Assembly (NCBI RefSeq): GCF_004010195.1
Contig: NC_057719.1
Location: forward strand, 75,470,866-75,534,865
Direction: 5' to 3'
Source: Chiloscyllium plagiosum
Taxonomy: Eukaryota
DNA: 64,000 nt
Positions within the stretch are counted from its first letter, which is position 1. Each line of letters opens with the position of its first letter. Of the stretch, positions 38,411-51,916 are shown one piece after another. The notes beneath the pieces were generated by a model. That model did not search any database. It was not told the origin of the DNA and saw only the letters and a list, made by a program, of their open reading frames with translations. Position numbers and translations under genes: made by a program.

Positions 38411-39084
38411 TCATTGGATATGTCACTCCTCGCTGCACTGGAAATACAGCCCTGTTATTCCCAAAGTTATCATGAACGTTGATATTTTTGGAATCGGCAG
38501 AAAACATGGTCCAGATTTCGGTACTTAACAACAATTGCTATTTAGTATAAATAAATAGTTTCTAGCAACGGGAAAACAATTATTGACATATATCTATTAC
38601 TTAAAACTCCCCTTACACACACATGCTGCCAGACACAAAAGAATTGGTGTTATGGGTGGAGGAAAAAACAGGGAAGGCAGTTCAATAGCTCTGTTCCCAA
38701 TCTTAAATGTGATGCCTCATTCCTTCAGGATTTAATTACTAGAAATTGTTAAAATGCCACATTTTACAGTGTAACATAATATTTTTGTTTCTGCTTTTAT
38801 TTTTCTCTTCATTTGATCGTTTGGTCTCTTTCCTTTTCTGCAGCTGATTTAAACATCGAATTCTCATTCTCTTTACTTCAGTCCTACTAACACTTTCCCT
38901 CAGTTTATTCTCAATCTTAAGATGACATTCTTGACGGTGAATGGCCTCACCAAGGTCACAGATGCCTCATTGTTTTCATCATGCTGTCTTATGCTTGCAC
39001 TTTGGCAGCTTGAGGGCAAGTGCTTTGTGAGTTGAAGGCTGCTGGGAAAATTGCCAATCAGGCAGACCAGAGATGGGAGGATGG

Positions 39085-39622
39085 CAGTGTAGTAGTAATG
39101 TTACTAGACCAGATATGTTCAGAGGTTATGGATTCAAATCTCTCCATATGACAGCTGGTACAATTTAAATTCAATTTAAATTGCTTTTGTAATGGTGAGC
39201 ATAATAACTTAATTAATGTTCTTTAGGGAAGGAAATCTGCCATTCTTATGTGGTCTGGCCTAATGAGACTCCAGACCTACAGCAATGTGGTGTAGTGATT
39301 ACAATGAGGACAGCCAGGTGGACCTCACAGATTATGAGTTCCCTGATTGGGGGGGGAGTTAATCTGGTCCAATCAGGGAGCACTGGCTGACAGATATAAA
39401 CAGGAGTCTCTGGGGTTCTATTCACTCAGAGAGCTGGCTCTGAGGAAGCCAGACTAGAATCAAGTACTATGCACATGCAAATAAAGGGTGACTTGGTGAT
39501 GGGATACCGAACTCTATGGAGTTATTTCATGTTGTTGGCTCTTAAGTGCCCTCTGACATGATCAAGCAAGTCACTCAGATCAAGGACAATCAAGGATAGC
39601 AACAGATAGTGGTCTCATCCAT
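39085..39622 (+). mobile_element. MER131-like SINE interrupted by a solo LTR
   Basis: TAATGTTCTTTAGGGAAGGAAATCTGCC...CAGCAATGTGG|LTR|TGTTGTTGGCTCTTAAGTGCCCTCTG. Confidence 0.65.
39291..39529 (+). mobile_element. Solo LTR
   Basis: TGTAGTG...TATTTCA; flanks TGTGG/TGTTG; homologous to 17843-18078. Confidence 0.8.
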
Positions 39623-39623
39623 G

Positions 39624-40895
39624 TAGAGTCATAGAGATGTACAGCACAAAGACTTTAGTCCAACTTGTCCATGCAGATCAGATATCCTAATTTAATCAAG
39701 TCCCATTTGCCAGCACTTGGCCCATTTCCCTCTAAACTCTTGCTATTCATATACCCATCCAGATGACTTTTCAAAGCTGTAGTTGTATCAGCCTCTACAA
39801 ATTCCTCTGGCATGTCATTCCATACATGCATCACCCTTTGCGTGAAAACGTTGCACCTTAGGTCCCTTTTAACGGAATGGGACTATTTGGCGCCATCCAT
39901 TTGGCGCCAATCATTTGCCCCGCCGTTTTGGCTCTAAACTGTTTTGGTGCTCATTACTTTGGCGCTGAGCTGTTTTGGCGCCAATACATGTAGATAACCA
40001 TCGTGTGAAAATTTTGGTTTGTTTCTCTTGCTTAGAATGTTTTCAACCATTTCTGGTATGGGCTCTACAAGAAAATTGTATTACAGCTCTCCACTGTGAA
40101 GACAGAAGGGCTTAAGTATCATCAAGGCAGTAGATGACTATTAACAATTGTTAAATGAGAAAATGATTACAAAACGAGATTTGAATCTCTAGCAGGTCAT
40201 TACAGCTTTGACTATCAACTCTTGCTAGTTGAGAAAAGTACATCGGGTCATTAGTCATCCCCTCTTCTTTAACCAAACAAGATTTTTTTTTATTCTGTAT
40301 TGGCGCCAAAACAGCTCATCGCCAAAGTAATGAGCGCCAAAACAGTTTAGAGCCAAAATGGTGGGGCCAAATGATCAGCGCAAAAAGGACGGCGCCAAAA
40401 CATACCCTACCCCAGTTTTAAACCTTTCTCCTTTCATCTAGAGGTATATGACCTCTAGTTTTGGACTCCCTTACCCTGGGGAAAAGACTTCAACTATTCA
40501 CCCTCTCCATGCCCCTTATGATTTTATAAACCTCTATAAGGTCACCCCTCAGCCTCTGATGCTCCAGGGAAAACAGCCGCAGCCTATTCAGCCTCTCCCT
40601 TTTGCTCAAACTCTCCAACCCTGGCAACACCCTTGTAAATCTTTTCTGAATTCTTTCAAGTTTCATAACATCCTTCCTATAGTAGGAAGACCAGAATTGC
40701 CCACAATATTCCAAATGTGTCATAACCAATGTCTTTACAGCTGCAACATCACATCCCAACTGCTGTACTCAATGCTCTGACCAATAAAAGAAAGCATACC
40801 AAATGCCTACTTCATATCCTATCTACCAGTGACTCAACTTTCAAGGAATGACGAACCTGCTCTTCAAGGTCTCTTTGTTCAGCAACACTCCCCAG
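39624..40895 (-). mobile_element. CR1/HER1 LINE 3' fragment interrupted by a fold-back element
   Basis: ORF 40490-40759 reads HLEYCGQFWSSYYRKD...LFSLEHQRLRGDLIEVYKIIRG; tail AGAGTCATAGAG. Confidence 0.88.
39874..40413. mobile_element. Fold-back MITE / non-autonomous DNA transposon with ~115-bp modular TIRs
   Basis: 39874-39988 is the reverse complement of 40296-40413; arms are built of repeated TTT(T)GGCGCC motifs; TTTTAA lies on both sides. Confidence 0.85.
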
Positions 40896-43792
40896 GACCT
40901 TCCCAGGACATCTTATTAGAGAGTATAAATAGAGGCAAAAAAGACCCAGCTTCTGCAAGATCTGACCTAGTACTGACTTATTGTACAATCGACTTAAAAC
41001 GGGCAAATTGTTTTGTGACTGAGTGGCCGTTAAATTTTACCCACTGCGAGCAACTTCACTGTGAAACAGCTCCTGTCCATTTGTCCTCACATCTGTACAG
41101 CTATCGGAGTCTCACCGTCGCAAGAATTGGTGTGCGTTCTATCAAATTTGAATGTTTGCAATTGGTTTTGGCAGTTTCCTGCTGCAACATTTTTAAAGTG
41201 AAGAGCAAAATTTAATTTATTTGTGAGATTATGTAGCAATAGGAATGGAGGCAGTGAGCCCCCGATGTGATGTCAGCTGTTTTGACTGAGCGGAGTCCTG
41301 TACAGCTGCCGTGCGGAGGTCGAATATACAGGAGAGAGCCCGATGTTTAAGCTCCTGCCTTTTGAGCAGCCTAACAAAGCGGACTGTGGGAAGTGAAAAT
41401 AGAATTACTGTGAGTGAGATAAGAGGAGACAGTGTATAGGCCTCGTGGAAATGGAACTTGCACTCAATTATTGCCAATCAGACTGGCACCAAGAACAGCA
41501 TGGGACCGATCTCAGGCAATGAATGATTGAATCCTGAGGATTGACTGGGAGCAAAAAAGGAGTTATTAGCTTTTAAAGGAGAGAACTGAGAGGACTCTGT
41601 TGTGTGGGTATGCCAGCTCATGACAGTGTGGGAGCTGCTGCTCATGATATTTGCTGCCATCATCTCCTTTTAAATGTTACAAACTACAGTATATGGTCTG
41701 TTTGCTGTGCTGTGGTAGAGGAAAACCACTTCCTGACCTGATTAGTGTCTTACAGATAACAATGTTTAGTTCATGACTAATTGATTTGATAGACACTGGT
41801 ACAGGGTTTTGAGGAGGACCAGATGTTACATCTTGCTCCAGTGTGATCCTAAGCTGTCTTCCCACAAATCCAAATGAACTCTTCATAGTAGGTGGTGCTT
41901 ATGGAACTCTTCAGTATTAACCTTCTCTAACCCATATACAAAAAGAACTTTGATTCGTCGTTTCTAATACAGAATTGAATATTGCCAACAATTGATACAT
42001 TTTGTTAAAGTGTTTCATAAGGACTAATTGCAAGAATACCAACTGAAGTTTAAAACTGTAACAGAAGAGAGTGCTAGAGAGTGAAAATCAAACTTTGATT
42101 GGTAGAGATATTGCCATGGAGAATATACCGGATAATAATAATATTGATAGTTAACTACCAGGTTTTCTTTAAATTTTAAACCAGGCAGGCTATCTCTGAG
42201 TCCGCCATGCTAGATTCCTTCATACAAGCTTAGCAAAAATTAAGTGGTATCGGTAGACTAAACCAAGGAATGTCAGTACACAAAGGCCTTGGATTGGAGA
42301 TGGGAAAAGAACTCCAGTGGTTCTTTGTTAAGACAGTGATTAGGCAATTCTTCTTTAAACAAGGCATTATCAACACTTCTGGGTGAGGCATAGAAGTAAA
42401 AAAACTGATTTAATTCACGGTACAATTAAATAGCAGGAAAGGGGGAATGTATGTTGCTCTCATAAGGTCCTTCTTTATTTGGTCATGGGTGTTTAGGCTT
42501 GTATTGTGTACTGATTAGCTGCCACTGTTCCTGCACTATAGCAGTGACTAATGTTCATACACATTTCATTGACCGCAAAGCATTTTGGGATAGACTAGAG
42601 TCGCAAAAGAGGTTATATAAATGCCAGCATTTCTATTTGGACAATTCCTTTGCAAAGTTTTCAGAAGGGGATTACGGGCAAGACCTGGAAGCAAACCCAT
42701 TGGAACATGAACTGTCAGACATTGATGGGTGCTGTGCATTTCCAGCATTTTCTGCTCTAATCTCAGAATTCAAATTTGCACATGCTATAAATTCATAACA
42801 TACAGCTCAGAAGGGGGCCATTTGTCCCATCTAGTCTGGATGGCTCTTTATAGGAACAAGCACTATTCCCATATTCCTGCCATCTTTTCTCTTTCAAATA
42901 TTAGCCGGTTCCCTAGCTGAATAGGGAATTCACTTTGAATAGTTGCCTTTCAATAGACAGTTATTGAATTCACATTTACCAACCTGCAAATCCTAACCAC
43001 TTATTCCATAAAAGTGTTTGTCCTGACCTCCCCTCAGGTTCTTTTGTTCAAATGTTTGTTCAATGCTCAGGTTCAAATGTGTTCCATTTGATTATTGACC
43101 CTTCAGCCATTAGAAACCATTATTTTTAACTTGTTCTATAAACTCTTCATGAATTTAAACTTGTTTTATGCTTTTTTTTGCGAATCCAAATAGGAAAAGA
43201 CAAAATCTGTTTTGTTTGGCTACAATTCTCACTTTTAAAGAAATGCTGTGGTTTTTTAAAATCAGGTACAAAAGTGGCAAAAAATAACCTTTTCCAGGAT
43301 GGAGCAAATATTTTACACAGTGCTTTGCTTTATAAATAACAGGGCTTAACTAAGGGGAAACTGGGTTGGAAGGGTCAGGGATTGGATTGGGTTGGAGGCT
43401 GGAATCCTTCAGTTTAACGTGAAAATGAAGTCCTAGTGATTTTCTTTTACTTTGAATTCCTCTAAAAGTATTTGCAGGTGATAGCTGTCCATCCAAATGA
43501 AGCTATGTCGGCTATTTCTCATCCGTGTCTAGGACTGGAATATCTATTGCTTTTATTTTTAACATTCAAGCTGTTTTTAAATTATTTGGTAGCTTGTTGA
43601 GCCTTTTGGTTTTCCATGGCAAACCTCAGGCAATCAGAGGCAAGTTGCCAACCAATCAGCACCCTTTTCTTTACTAATATAAATTATTGAAAACTTTGGA
43701 AATTTGGCATTCTACGTGTGTCCTGATGAGTGCAGGATAAGAGACTTCAGTGGCCTTTATCTCTTTTCATTATTCCTTTTGATTTTTGTTCT

Positions 43793-44060
43793 CATAGAAT
43801 CATAGAATCCCTGCAGTGTAGAAACAGGCTCAAGTCCACACCGAAGAGTAACCCACCCAGACCCATTCCCATACCCCTATTACTTTACATTTACCCCTGA
43901 CTAATGCACCTAGCTGGCGCATCCCTGAACACTATGGGTAATTTAGTATGGCCAATTCACCCTAACCTGCACAATTTGGACTGTGGAAGAAAACCGGAGC
44001 TCCCGGAGGAAATCCACGCCTGAAATGGGAAGATTGTGCAAACTCCACACGGGCAGTTGT
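43793..44060 (-). mobile_element. HE1/V-SINE, 5'-truncated
   Basis: CATAGAATCATAGAATCCC tail and V core. Confidence 0.85.
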
Positions 44061-45389
44061 CTTCTTTCTTTAAAATAAATCATTATATATGAACCTTATT
44101 ACTAATCAAACATTCTACAAGGTATTCGAATGCTGCACAACTGTGTGGGTGATGATAGTGTTGCCATGTGAATTGTCTAGTGCCCGCTGCTCCCTGAGCT
44201 GAGGCTGTTAGTTAACTCGTGTGGCGACAAGTGTTGGTGCTGTTGTGCTAATGATGGCTTTTGTCAACAACTTTGTTAGTCTCATAATGTTTGTGTGTTT
44301 CTAAGTGTGTGCCGATGTTAAGACTATGTCCTTTTCTAAGCCAAACTTTTTGTTTTTACAAAGAAGAACTTTTACAGCCATCAGACCTTGCATGACAACC
44401 TACAAGGCAAACAGCAGCTGACTGACAACGTGACGAAAGCTGACACTGTACTGGAAAAGGTGACAGCTCAGAAACAGTCCTGATGGCATGTAAAGTTCAG
44501 GGTTCAGTCTGAAAGTACAGTGGAGCATAGCCAGAGGAATGTTTTAACATTTGACCACTTTGATAGAAGTGCTGAATATCGAAATGTCTGAAGTGAGGGG
44601 GTGCAGTTGGCAGAGATGTGCTGACTAAAATTGAAAGAGCGATTTTTGCAAGAGAATTAGAGGAACGTCTTATTTTTGGTGTTTCGTTTGTGCATCTTTT
44701 AACATTTTTGGAAACCGCACACCCCATTCCCCTATCAAATGAGAAAAACTCCACTGTTTTAAGTATGTGAAATTAAAAGTGGTTCTGCGGATGATAGTAA
44801 GTGAAAAAATTGGTAATGGTTAGAGGAACATCTAAGGAATGTGATAGGCATTCATCTGTTAATATTCCCAGCAGTAATTACTAGCCTGTTTTGCTCTATT
44901 GAACCTGTCAAAAAGGTTTATTTTCTACCTTTAGAAATAAAAGTTATTACACACTGCAGTGATTTTTTTTGAGAAAGGTGGTTTCCTGATCCAGGCGTGA
45001 TGCTATGTATCAATGTCCTCAGAGATACTTGGCTGATGGCCTCCAAATTGACAGTGAGCACGACACCATTATTGATTATTGTAAGTGCTCGGTGAGTGTT
45101 GACTGCTCTGATATAAGTGATAATGGTCTTTGCCTGAGCACTGCATGGTAAGCATTGGATCTTAGTAGCACATGCATAAGGAAACTGAGTGCTTTTCCTC
45201 TGCATCTTTTACCCCTGCCTTGTTAGGGAATTGAGGTTGCAGGTTTGGAAGGTGCTGCTTGTAGAAGCTGCAGTGCATACTGTGTTAGATACACATTGCT
45301 GTCAGTGCGGGCACCTGGTGGAAGGACTGAACACGAGAGGAGGTGGATGTGGTGTCAATCAAACAGCTTGATGTGGCTCGGACTGTGTT

Positions 45390-45978
45390 TAGATTTAAAT
45401 GTTCACATATATATAAAAAGTGCAGTGAAACAATCTTTTTTTCCACGTGTTACACGCAGAGTGTCGCCACGCTCTGGCACCATCTTGAAACATGGAATAT
45501 ACTCCAGGATTCTCATGCAGTAGGGATCATCTTCCTCTCTTCTTGTTCCTCCTCTGCTACTCTCCAGTCTTTTAACGGGCTCTAGGGTCTCGGTTACTGG
45601 CCTCTGCTGCTGCCACTCCCGCACTGTAACCATGGGATGCACGGGTTCCATCCAACAATCATGTTTCCACATCTGGCGCTTCTCCAGATGCTGCCGCCCG
45701 TCTTTTGTCTGCCCCCTTTGCCGATGCATTCGCTCCTTCAGGCACCCAGGCCAAGCTGCAGGCCTGGAGCCTCAACTCAGCCAGCCAGTCTAGGCTGGGG
45801 GAGTCAGTCTGCTACTGCTGCTACTACTCCCATTGCCTCTTTCACCTGTCACTCTCCAGGCTTTAATGAAAAGAAAACTAAAAAGAGAAAAACAGCAGAA
45901 ATAAAAAGAAGACAAGCAAAAAAGAAGAGGGAAAGAAAGCCAGTGGGTGCTCAGCTGACCTGCTCTGCCACCATCTTG
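45390..45978 (-). mobile_element. Non-autonomous retroposon with Rex1-like tail
   Basis: Reverse strand begins CAAGATGGTGGC, has a T/C-rich block and ends TTTCACTGCAC...ATGTGAACA; same layout as 17280-17716. Confidence 0.45.
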
Positions 45979-45999
45979 TAAACTGGTTTTGATATCTTA

Positions 46000-46830
46000 A
46001 GTGTTGTTGCATCCATCCATCCATGCAAGTAGTGAGTACTCTGTCGAACGCCTGGCTTGTGCCTTGTAAAAGATGGACAGTATTTGAAGAGTCAGGAACT
46101 GAGTTATTTGTCTCAGAATTTTCAGCGTCTCACCTACTCTTATACCAAAGTCTTCATATGTCAAAGGGAGTTGGTTGGATTTTCTCTTTCTCAACTGAGA
46201 TGGTCATTTTCTGGTATTTGCATAAGGTAACGTGAAGCCACCATCATACCAGCCTTAGGATTACTTGCCATTTATCAGCCCAAGCTTCAGTGTTGTCCGG
46301 GTCTTGTTGCCTGTGGGAACTGACTGCTACAGAATGGGGAGTCTTGAACCATGCAATCACTTGTGAACATTGCCACTTTTACCTATATATAGAAGGGAGG
46401 CCATTGACAAAGCAGCACAAGATGGTTGGGCTGAAGATGCTAGCCTGAGGAGCTCGTGTAGCATTCCTCTTGGGATGAGATGTCTGTCCTTCAACAACCA
46501 CAATCACCTTTCTTCATGCAAGGAGAATTATTGCTCCCCACCCTGATAACCCGTGGATGTGAATTTTGGTTAGGCTTCTCAAGGTCACTCTTAGCCAATG
46601 CTTCTTTGACAAAAGGGCAGTCACTTATACCTCATCTCTCGGTTAATTTATTTTGTCCATATATGGTCCAAGGCGATAATGAGCTTAAGAACCAAGTGAC
46701 CCTGTTGGAATGCTAAACTGAATACTGTTGAGCAGATTACTACTGTGCTAATGTTCTTTGATAGAATTGTCAGTGACACCTTCCACCACTTTCCTGTCGA
46801 TTGAGAACGCTGATGAGGCAATATTTGGCT
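46000..46830 (-). mobile_element. Old CR1/L2-group LINE RT fragment
   Basis: Reverse translation FYKAQARRSTEYSLLAWMDG. Confidence 0.6.
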
Positions 46831-46844
46831 GGATTGTTGCTTTT

Positions 46845-47832
46845 CTTATTCATTCACAAGATGAGGGAGTCACTGGCTGGGTCAACATTTATTGCCCATC
46901 CCTAATTGTCCAGAGGGCAGTTAAGAGTCAACCACATTGCTGTGGGTCTGGAGGTAAATGTTAGTCAGACCAGGTAAGGATGGTAATTTCCCTCCCTAAA
47001 GGGCATTAGTGACCCAGATGGGTTTTTATAGAACATAGAACATAGAAGAATACAGCGCAGTACAGGCCCTTGGGCCCTCGATGTTGCGCCGATCCAAGCC
47101 CACCTAAACTACACTAACCCACTATCCTCCATATACCTATCCAATGCCCTCTTAAATGCCCATAAAGAGGGAGAGTCCACCACTGTTACTGGCAGGGCAT
47201 TCCATGAACTAACGACTCGCTGAGTGAAGAACCTACCCCTAACATCAGTCCTATATCTACCCCCCCTTAATTTAAAGCTATGCCCCCTTGTAATACCCGA
47301 CTCAATACGCGGGAAAAGGTTCATACTGTCGACCCTATCTAACCCCCTAATCATCTTGTACACCTCAATCAAGTCACCCCTAAACCTTCTTTTCTCTAGT
47401 GAAAACAGCCCCAAGTGCCTCAGTCTTTCCTCATACGATTTTCCTTCCATACCAGGCAACATCCTGGTAAACCTCCTCTGCACCCGTTCCAATGCCTCCA
47501 CATCCTTCCTATAGTATGGCGACCAAAACTGCACACAATATTCCAGATGCGGCCGTACCAGAGTCTTATACAACTGCATCATGACCTCAGGACTCCGGAA
47601 CTCAATTCCTCTACCAATAAAAGCCAGTACGCCATATGCCTTCCTCACCGCACTATTTACCTGGGTGGCAACTTTCAGAGATCTGTGTACATGGACACCA
47701 AGATCCCTCTGCTCATCCACACTACAATTGACAATGGTTTTGTAGCCATCATTAGACTTGTAATTCCACATTCGCCGTAGCAGGATTTAAACCTTGGATC
47801 ATTACCTGGGTCTCTGAATTAACAGTCCAGCT
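46845..47832 (-). mobile_element. MER131-like SINE split by a young CR1 insertion
   Basis: SINE sequence stops at CCAGATGGGTTTTT (~47027) and resumes at ACAATTGACAATGG (~47724). Confidence 0.65.
47029..47722 (-). mobile_element. Young 5'-truncated CR1 LINE with intact ORF2 C-terminus
   Basis: Open frame VDEQRDLGVHVHRSLKV...LYKTLVRPHLEYCVQFWSPYYRKD...RGDLIEVYK...FFTQRVVSSWNALP to the stop at 47109; CpGs retained; (TTCTATG)n tail. Confidence 0.93.
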
Positions 47833-48348
47833 ATCTCCTTCCCCCCCCCCTCCCCTGCATTTTCAGGTGGGATATAACTGGGCAATTTGTTTTTCATTGC
47901 AAGCTAAATGCCAGTGTTTTAATCGCGCTCTGAAGGGATTGACTGAGGGCATTGCTAGTTCCGGAGCACCAAGTCAACGGTATAACTGCCAGAATTTCTC
48001 AGGGCCCACAGTCGTCGCAGTATCCAGTGCCCATTTCTTGATATCACATGGGGTGAACCGAATTGGTCTGTTGCAATGTCAGAAGTGTCATCTCTTGCAT
48101 CTTGAAATGGGCTCCCCTCTGCACCCTCCTCAGCACCGTGGCTTGATTTTGCAAGGAATCAAGGGAGGTTTCTGCCCACCTCCCTCAATTCATTTGTCAA
48201 CTAACATGAACGAAATAGATGACCTCCTCATTACTGCACTGCTGTCAGTGGGATCTTACCGTGTTTAAATCGTCTGCTATGTTTTCGACATTGTGATGCT
48301 TTCTGCACTTCAAGATTAATTTTGTTGGCTGTAAACAGCTTTTGGGAT

Positions 48349-48505
48349 GTCATAGAGTCATAGAGTCATAGCGATGTACAGCACGGAAACAGGCCCTTCG
48401 GTCCAACCCGTCCATGCCGACCAGATATCCCAACCCAATCTAGTCCCACCTGCCAGCACCTGGCCCAAATTCCTCCAAACCCTTCCTATTCATATACCCA
48501 TCCAA
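48349..48505 (-). mobile_element. CR1/HER1 3' UTR fragment
   Basis: (GTCATAGA)3 tail followed by CACGGAAACAGGCCCTTCGGTCC. Confidence 0.8.
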
Positions 48506-48587
48506 CCTGCAGTCTATGTAAGTAAATGCAGGTGCATCACACCTGTAGGTTTGCTAACAAGTGATTCAAAATAGCATCCAGCCCATG

Positions 48588-48843
48588 TGCACGTGTGCAC
48601 ATGCACACACCCACACACAGACACACCCACACACAATCACAGACACACACACACACCCACACACAGACAGACAGACACACAGATGCACACACAGACACAC
48701 ACATGCACACTCACAGATACACGCAAACACACACACACTCGCAGATACACACATACACAAACACATACACATTCAAATGCACAGACATAGACATACACAC
48801 ATAGACGCAGTCGCACACACAGACACACACACACACATGCACA
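48588..48843. repeat. Imperfect (CA)n microsatellite
   Basis: About 250 bp of CA/CACAGA; the His/Thr and Cys/Val ORFs here are artefacts. Confidence 0.95.
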
Positions 48844-51629
48844 AAACGTGGGTGGTCAGTGCCAGAGGTGGGTCGAGTCAGACAATTCTATAATACTGAT
48901 TTGATGCCAGCGCAGTTGGACAGTGAATGCACAACCTGCCCACTGATTGACCAGTCATTCAAACAGTGCATCGGGCTTCAGTTAGCAATATCATATGGGG
49001 CTGGGACATATGAATGGACACTAATGTTGGGGATTGCAACCACCAAAAATAAAGAACCTGTTCCTTGTGTTTAGTCTAAAGGGTTTCAGATTATCCAAGC
49101 CCTTCGGCAGGCAGTGGGATCACAGTTCTTGATTGTCAGGACACCTGAGAAGAGAGACATTTGAAGAGTGCCCTTTACATGTGTCTTGTTGGCTGGCAGC
49201 ATCTTTGATACCCACTGCGTCCAACACCAAAAAGTATTGTGCAGTGCAAGACTGAAAGCATTGGAGTCTTTTTTAAAACTCTTACTAAAAGTCTATTACT
49301 TGAACTTGAGCGAGGGTAAGTAGTTTTGGTGGAAGAATAGAGCACATGTGGTGGGAAGAGCCACACGGGGATGGGAAAACCCCAAAGGAATGGATACAGT
49401 GAGAAACCAGAGGTAGGAGCAGTCAGGAATTGTTGACAACAGGATGAAAACAGACATTTCCTTGCATTGAAGTTGACTTGATAATTGCTTCTCTGTCCTT
49501 GGTGGTGGAAGCACTCCTCATAAGTGGTGATTTCAAAATCTGTAACAAGGTCACAGAGCAGGAAGGTCCAGGAAGATGGAGAGAGGAGATCTCTCAGTGA
49601 ACCTTGGGAAGGTGCAGACTGCGGTTATAGGTCAGAGATGCTGTGGAATTTGGCTGTGAGAATTTGGCTTTTTTCTCTTAATCTGTGCTTGAAATCACTA
49701 TTGAGAAAGAAACATCTGCAAACTAATTTCACACCATGAAGCCCCCTGCCTAGTTAAGACTTCAGTATTATGTGTTATGTGGATCAAAAATCATTATTTG
49801 GCATAAAGCACATTTTCATGGCAGATGTAATGGTAATACGAACAGGAAAGGCCGAGACACACTCAGTGCATATGTGGACAAGCAATGGCTTCTTTAACCA
49901 CTATCCTGAATTGTCAGTGACATTTTTACCACTGGTTTCTGGTGACGTTAGATATTAGCCCATCCTCCTAAGAATTATTAATTGCCGCTGCAAAGGTATA
50001 AAGTAACAATATGTTCTGTGAATGATTTAATCACATATCCTTGGGGGAAATATTGATCACCAGTGACAAATACAAAGTTCGCACTGTTTATGGACTTAAA
50101 ATGCACAACAATGGTATATTTGATAAGGGGTGAGGTGGGGAGGATAAACTGGAGGCCATTGGCTTTTGTTGGGTGAACTGATAACTAGACTCAGAATAAG
50201 AGATCTCTGTTTGAAGACTGTGATGAGGAGAATTATTCCTTGCAGAAAGTTGTCAGTCTGTGGAATTATTTTCCCCGGAGTACCTTGGAAGCTGGGCCTT
50301 GCTGGACGAGGGAGTCAGGTGGGTGGGAAAGTGGAGTTGAGAAAAAGGGGTTACTGTGTAGTGAAGCAGGTTCGAAGGGCCGAGTGGCCTACTCCTACTT
50401 CTACAACCTGTGCTCCCGTGATCAACAGAGGCTCATAAAAGCAAAATGTGACCGCCTCAAACATGCTGGGAATTTAAAAAGCATCAGCTGTTGGTGAAGG
50501 TTAAATTGGTCGCCTTCTTCACATTGAGAAAATTGGAGGAGGGGACAGAGGAGAGATCAGAATATCATTTCCGAAGCTGTTACCAGCTGGTAGAGGAGAA
50601 CAAATAATTGAAAAAAAAAGTAAGGAATGCCCAAAACGCACAAATTCAGCAGAATAGTTAAGTGTGCAGTGTCACACTTCAACAGTTCAATCATTGTTCT
50701 GAACTCATGGGCTGACTGGGAAAATTCCACTTGGTCCTTGACCATTACACCTTGATTATCCTCAAGCCCCTGATCCGACCTTCAAGAAGCAGGCTTAGGG
50801 TTAGGGATATGTGAGGATTGCTGTAAAGATGCCTTCTTTACAGCACATTTTCCTTTTCCAGTATGTGATAAAGCCCCTTAAAAGTTGTTACTGAATCTGC
50901 ATCCGTTGTCCTTTCTAGACGTTGAATATCAGGTCATAATAGCTTTCAACATAACCAAAATCATTTCTCCTCGAGTTCTTTTGCCAGTTATCTTAAATCT
51001 GTATCCAGCAGTTGCGGATTCTCCATAGAATAGATGCTGTGTCTCCCTATCGACTCTGCCACAACATTATACCAGCCAGAATAATTCTTCCCTGAAGCTT
51101 CTTGCTCCACGGCGAATGAACTTGGTATCTTATTTCAGTTCTGATGAAAAATCACTGACCTGTACAGATAACTCTCTTCACAGGTGCTGCAAACCTGCTG
51201 AGCATGTCCAGTATTTCCTGTTTTCCCTCTGTTTCTCTAGTCTCTGCCAGCCTTCAACAAAATCTCAACATCCTTCCTCAAATCTTGTCCAGAAATGGGT
51301 ACAATATGCTTGCTGAGTCCTAACCAGCTTTTATAAAGGTTTGGCCAAACTTAAGAAAAGTAGATGGACAGAAGTAAAATTAATATTTCAAGTCTTTGAC
51401 TGTTCATTGGCACAGATTAGCTTGGTGTTTCCCAAACCTCTTTCTGTGCTCCTTCCCTTCTAATACTTCATTCTTGGTGTGAAGGCGATATGGGGTAGGG
51501 TCACGGGAGAAAACAATTGCCTCATTTGCTGGTACTGTTGGTGCCAGCGATTGGGTCTCAGAGCTCATTGCATTAGGTCACACCTGCAGGACAAAGGAAC
51601 TCATTGTCCATTTCAAGGACCCTTGCAGT

Positions 51630-51916
51630 TTAGATTAGACTGGATTCCCTACACTGTGGAAACAGGCCATTTGGCCCAACACGTCCACACCAACTCTCCG
51701 AAGAGTAACCCACACAGACCCATTTCCCTCTGACTAACACTATGGGTAATTTAGTGTGGCCAATTCACCTGGCCTGCACATCTTTGGACTTGGAAGGAAA
51801 CCGGAGCAAGCCCACGCAGACACGGGGAGAACGTGCAAACTCCACACAGACAGTTGCCCAAGGCGAGAATTGTACTTGAGTCCCTGACACTGTGAGGCAG
51901 CAATACTAACCACTGA
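51630..51916 (-). mobile_element. HE1/V-SINE
   Basis: Tail, V core and tRNA head (CTGTGAGGCAGCAATACTAACCACTGAG). Confidence 0.87.

Noticed and set aside
51479..51733. ORF starting VKAIWGRV as the next NCX exon
   Set aside because: Lacks the DxEEYE motif, has no acceptor AG at the right position, and runs into a SINE
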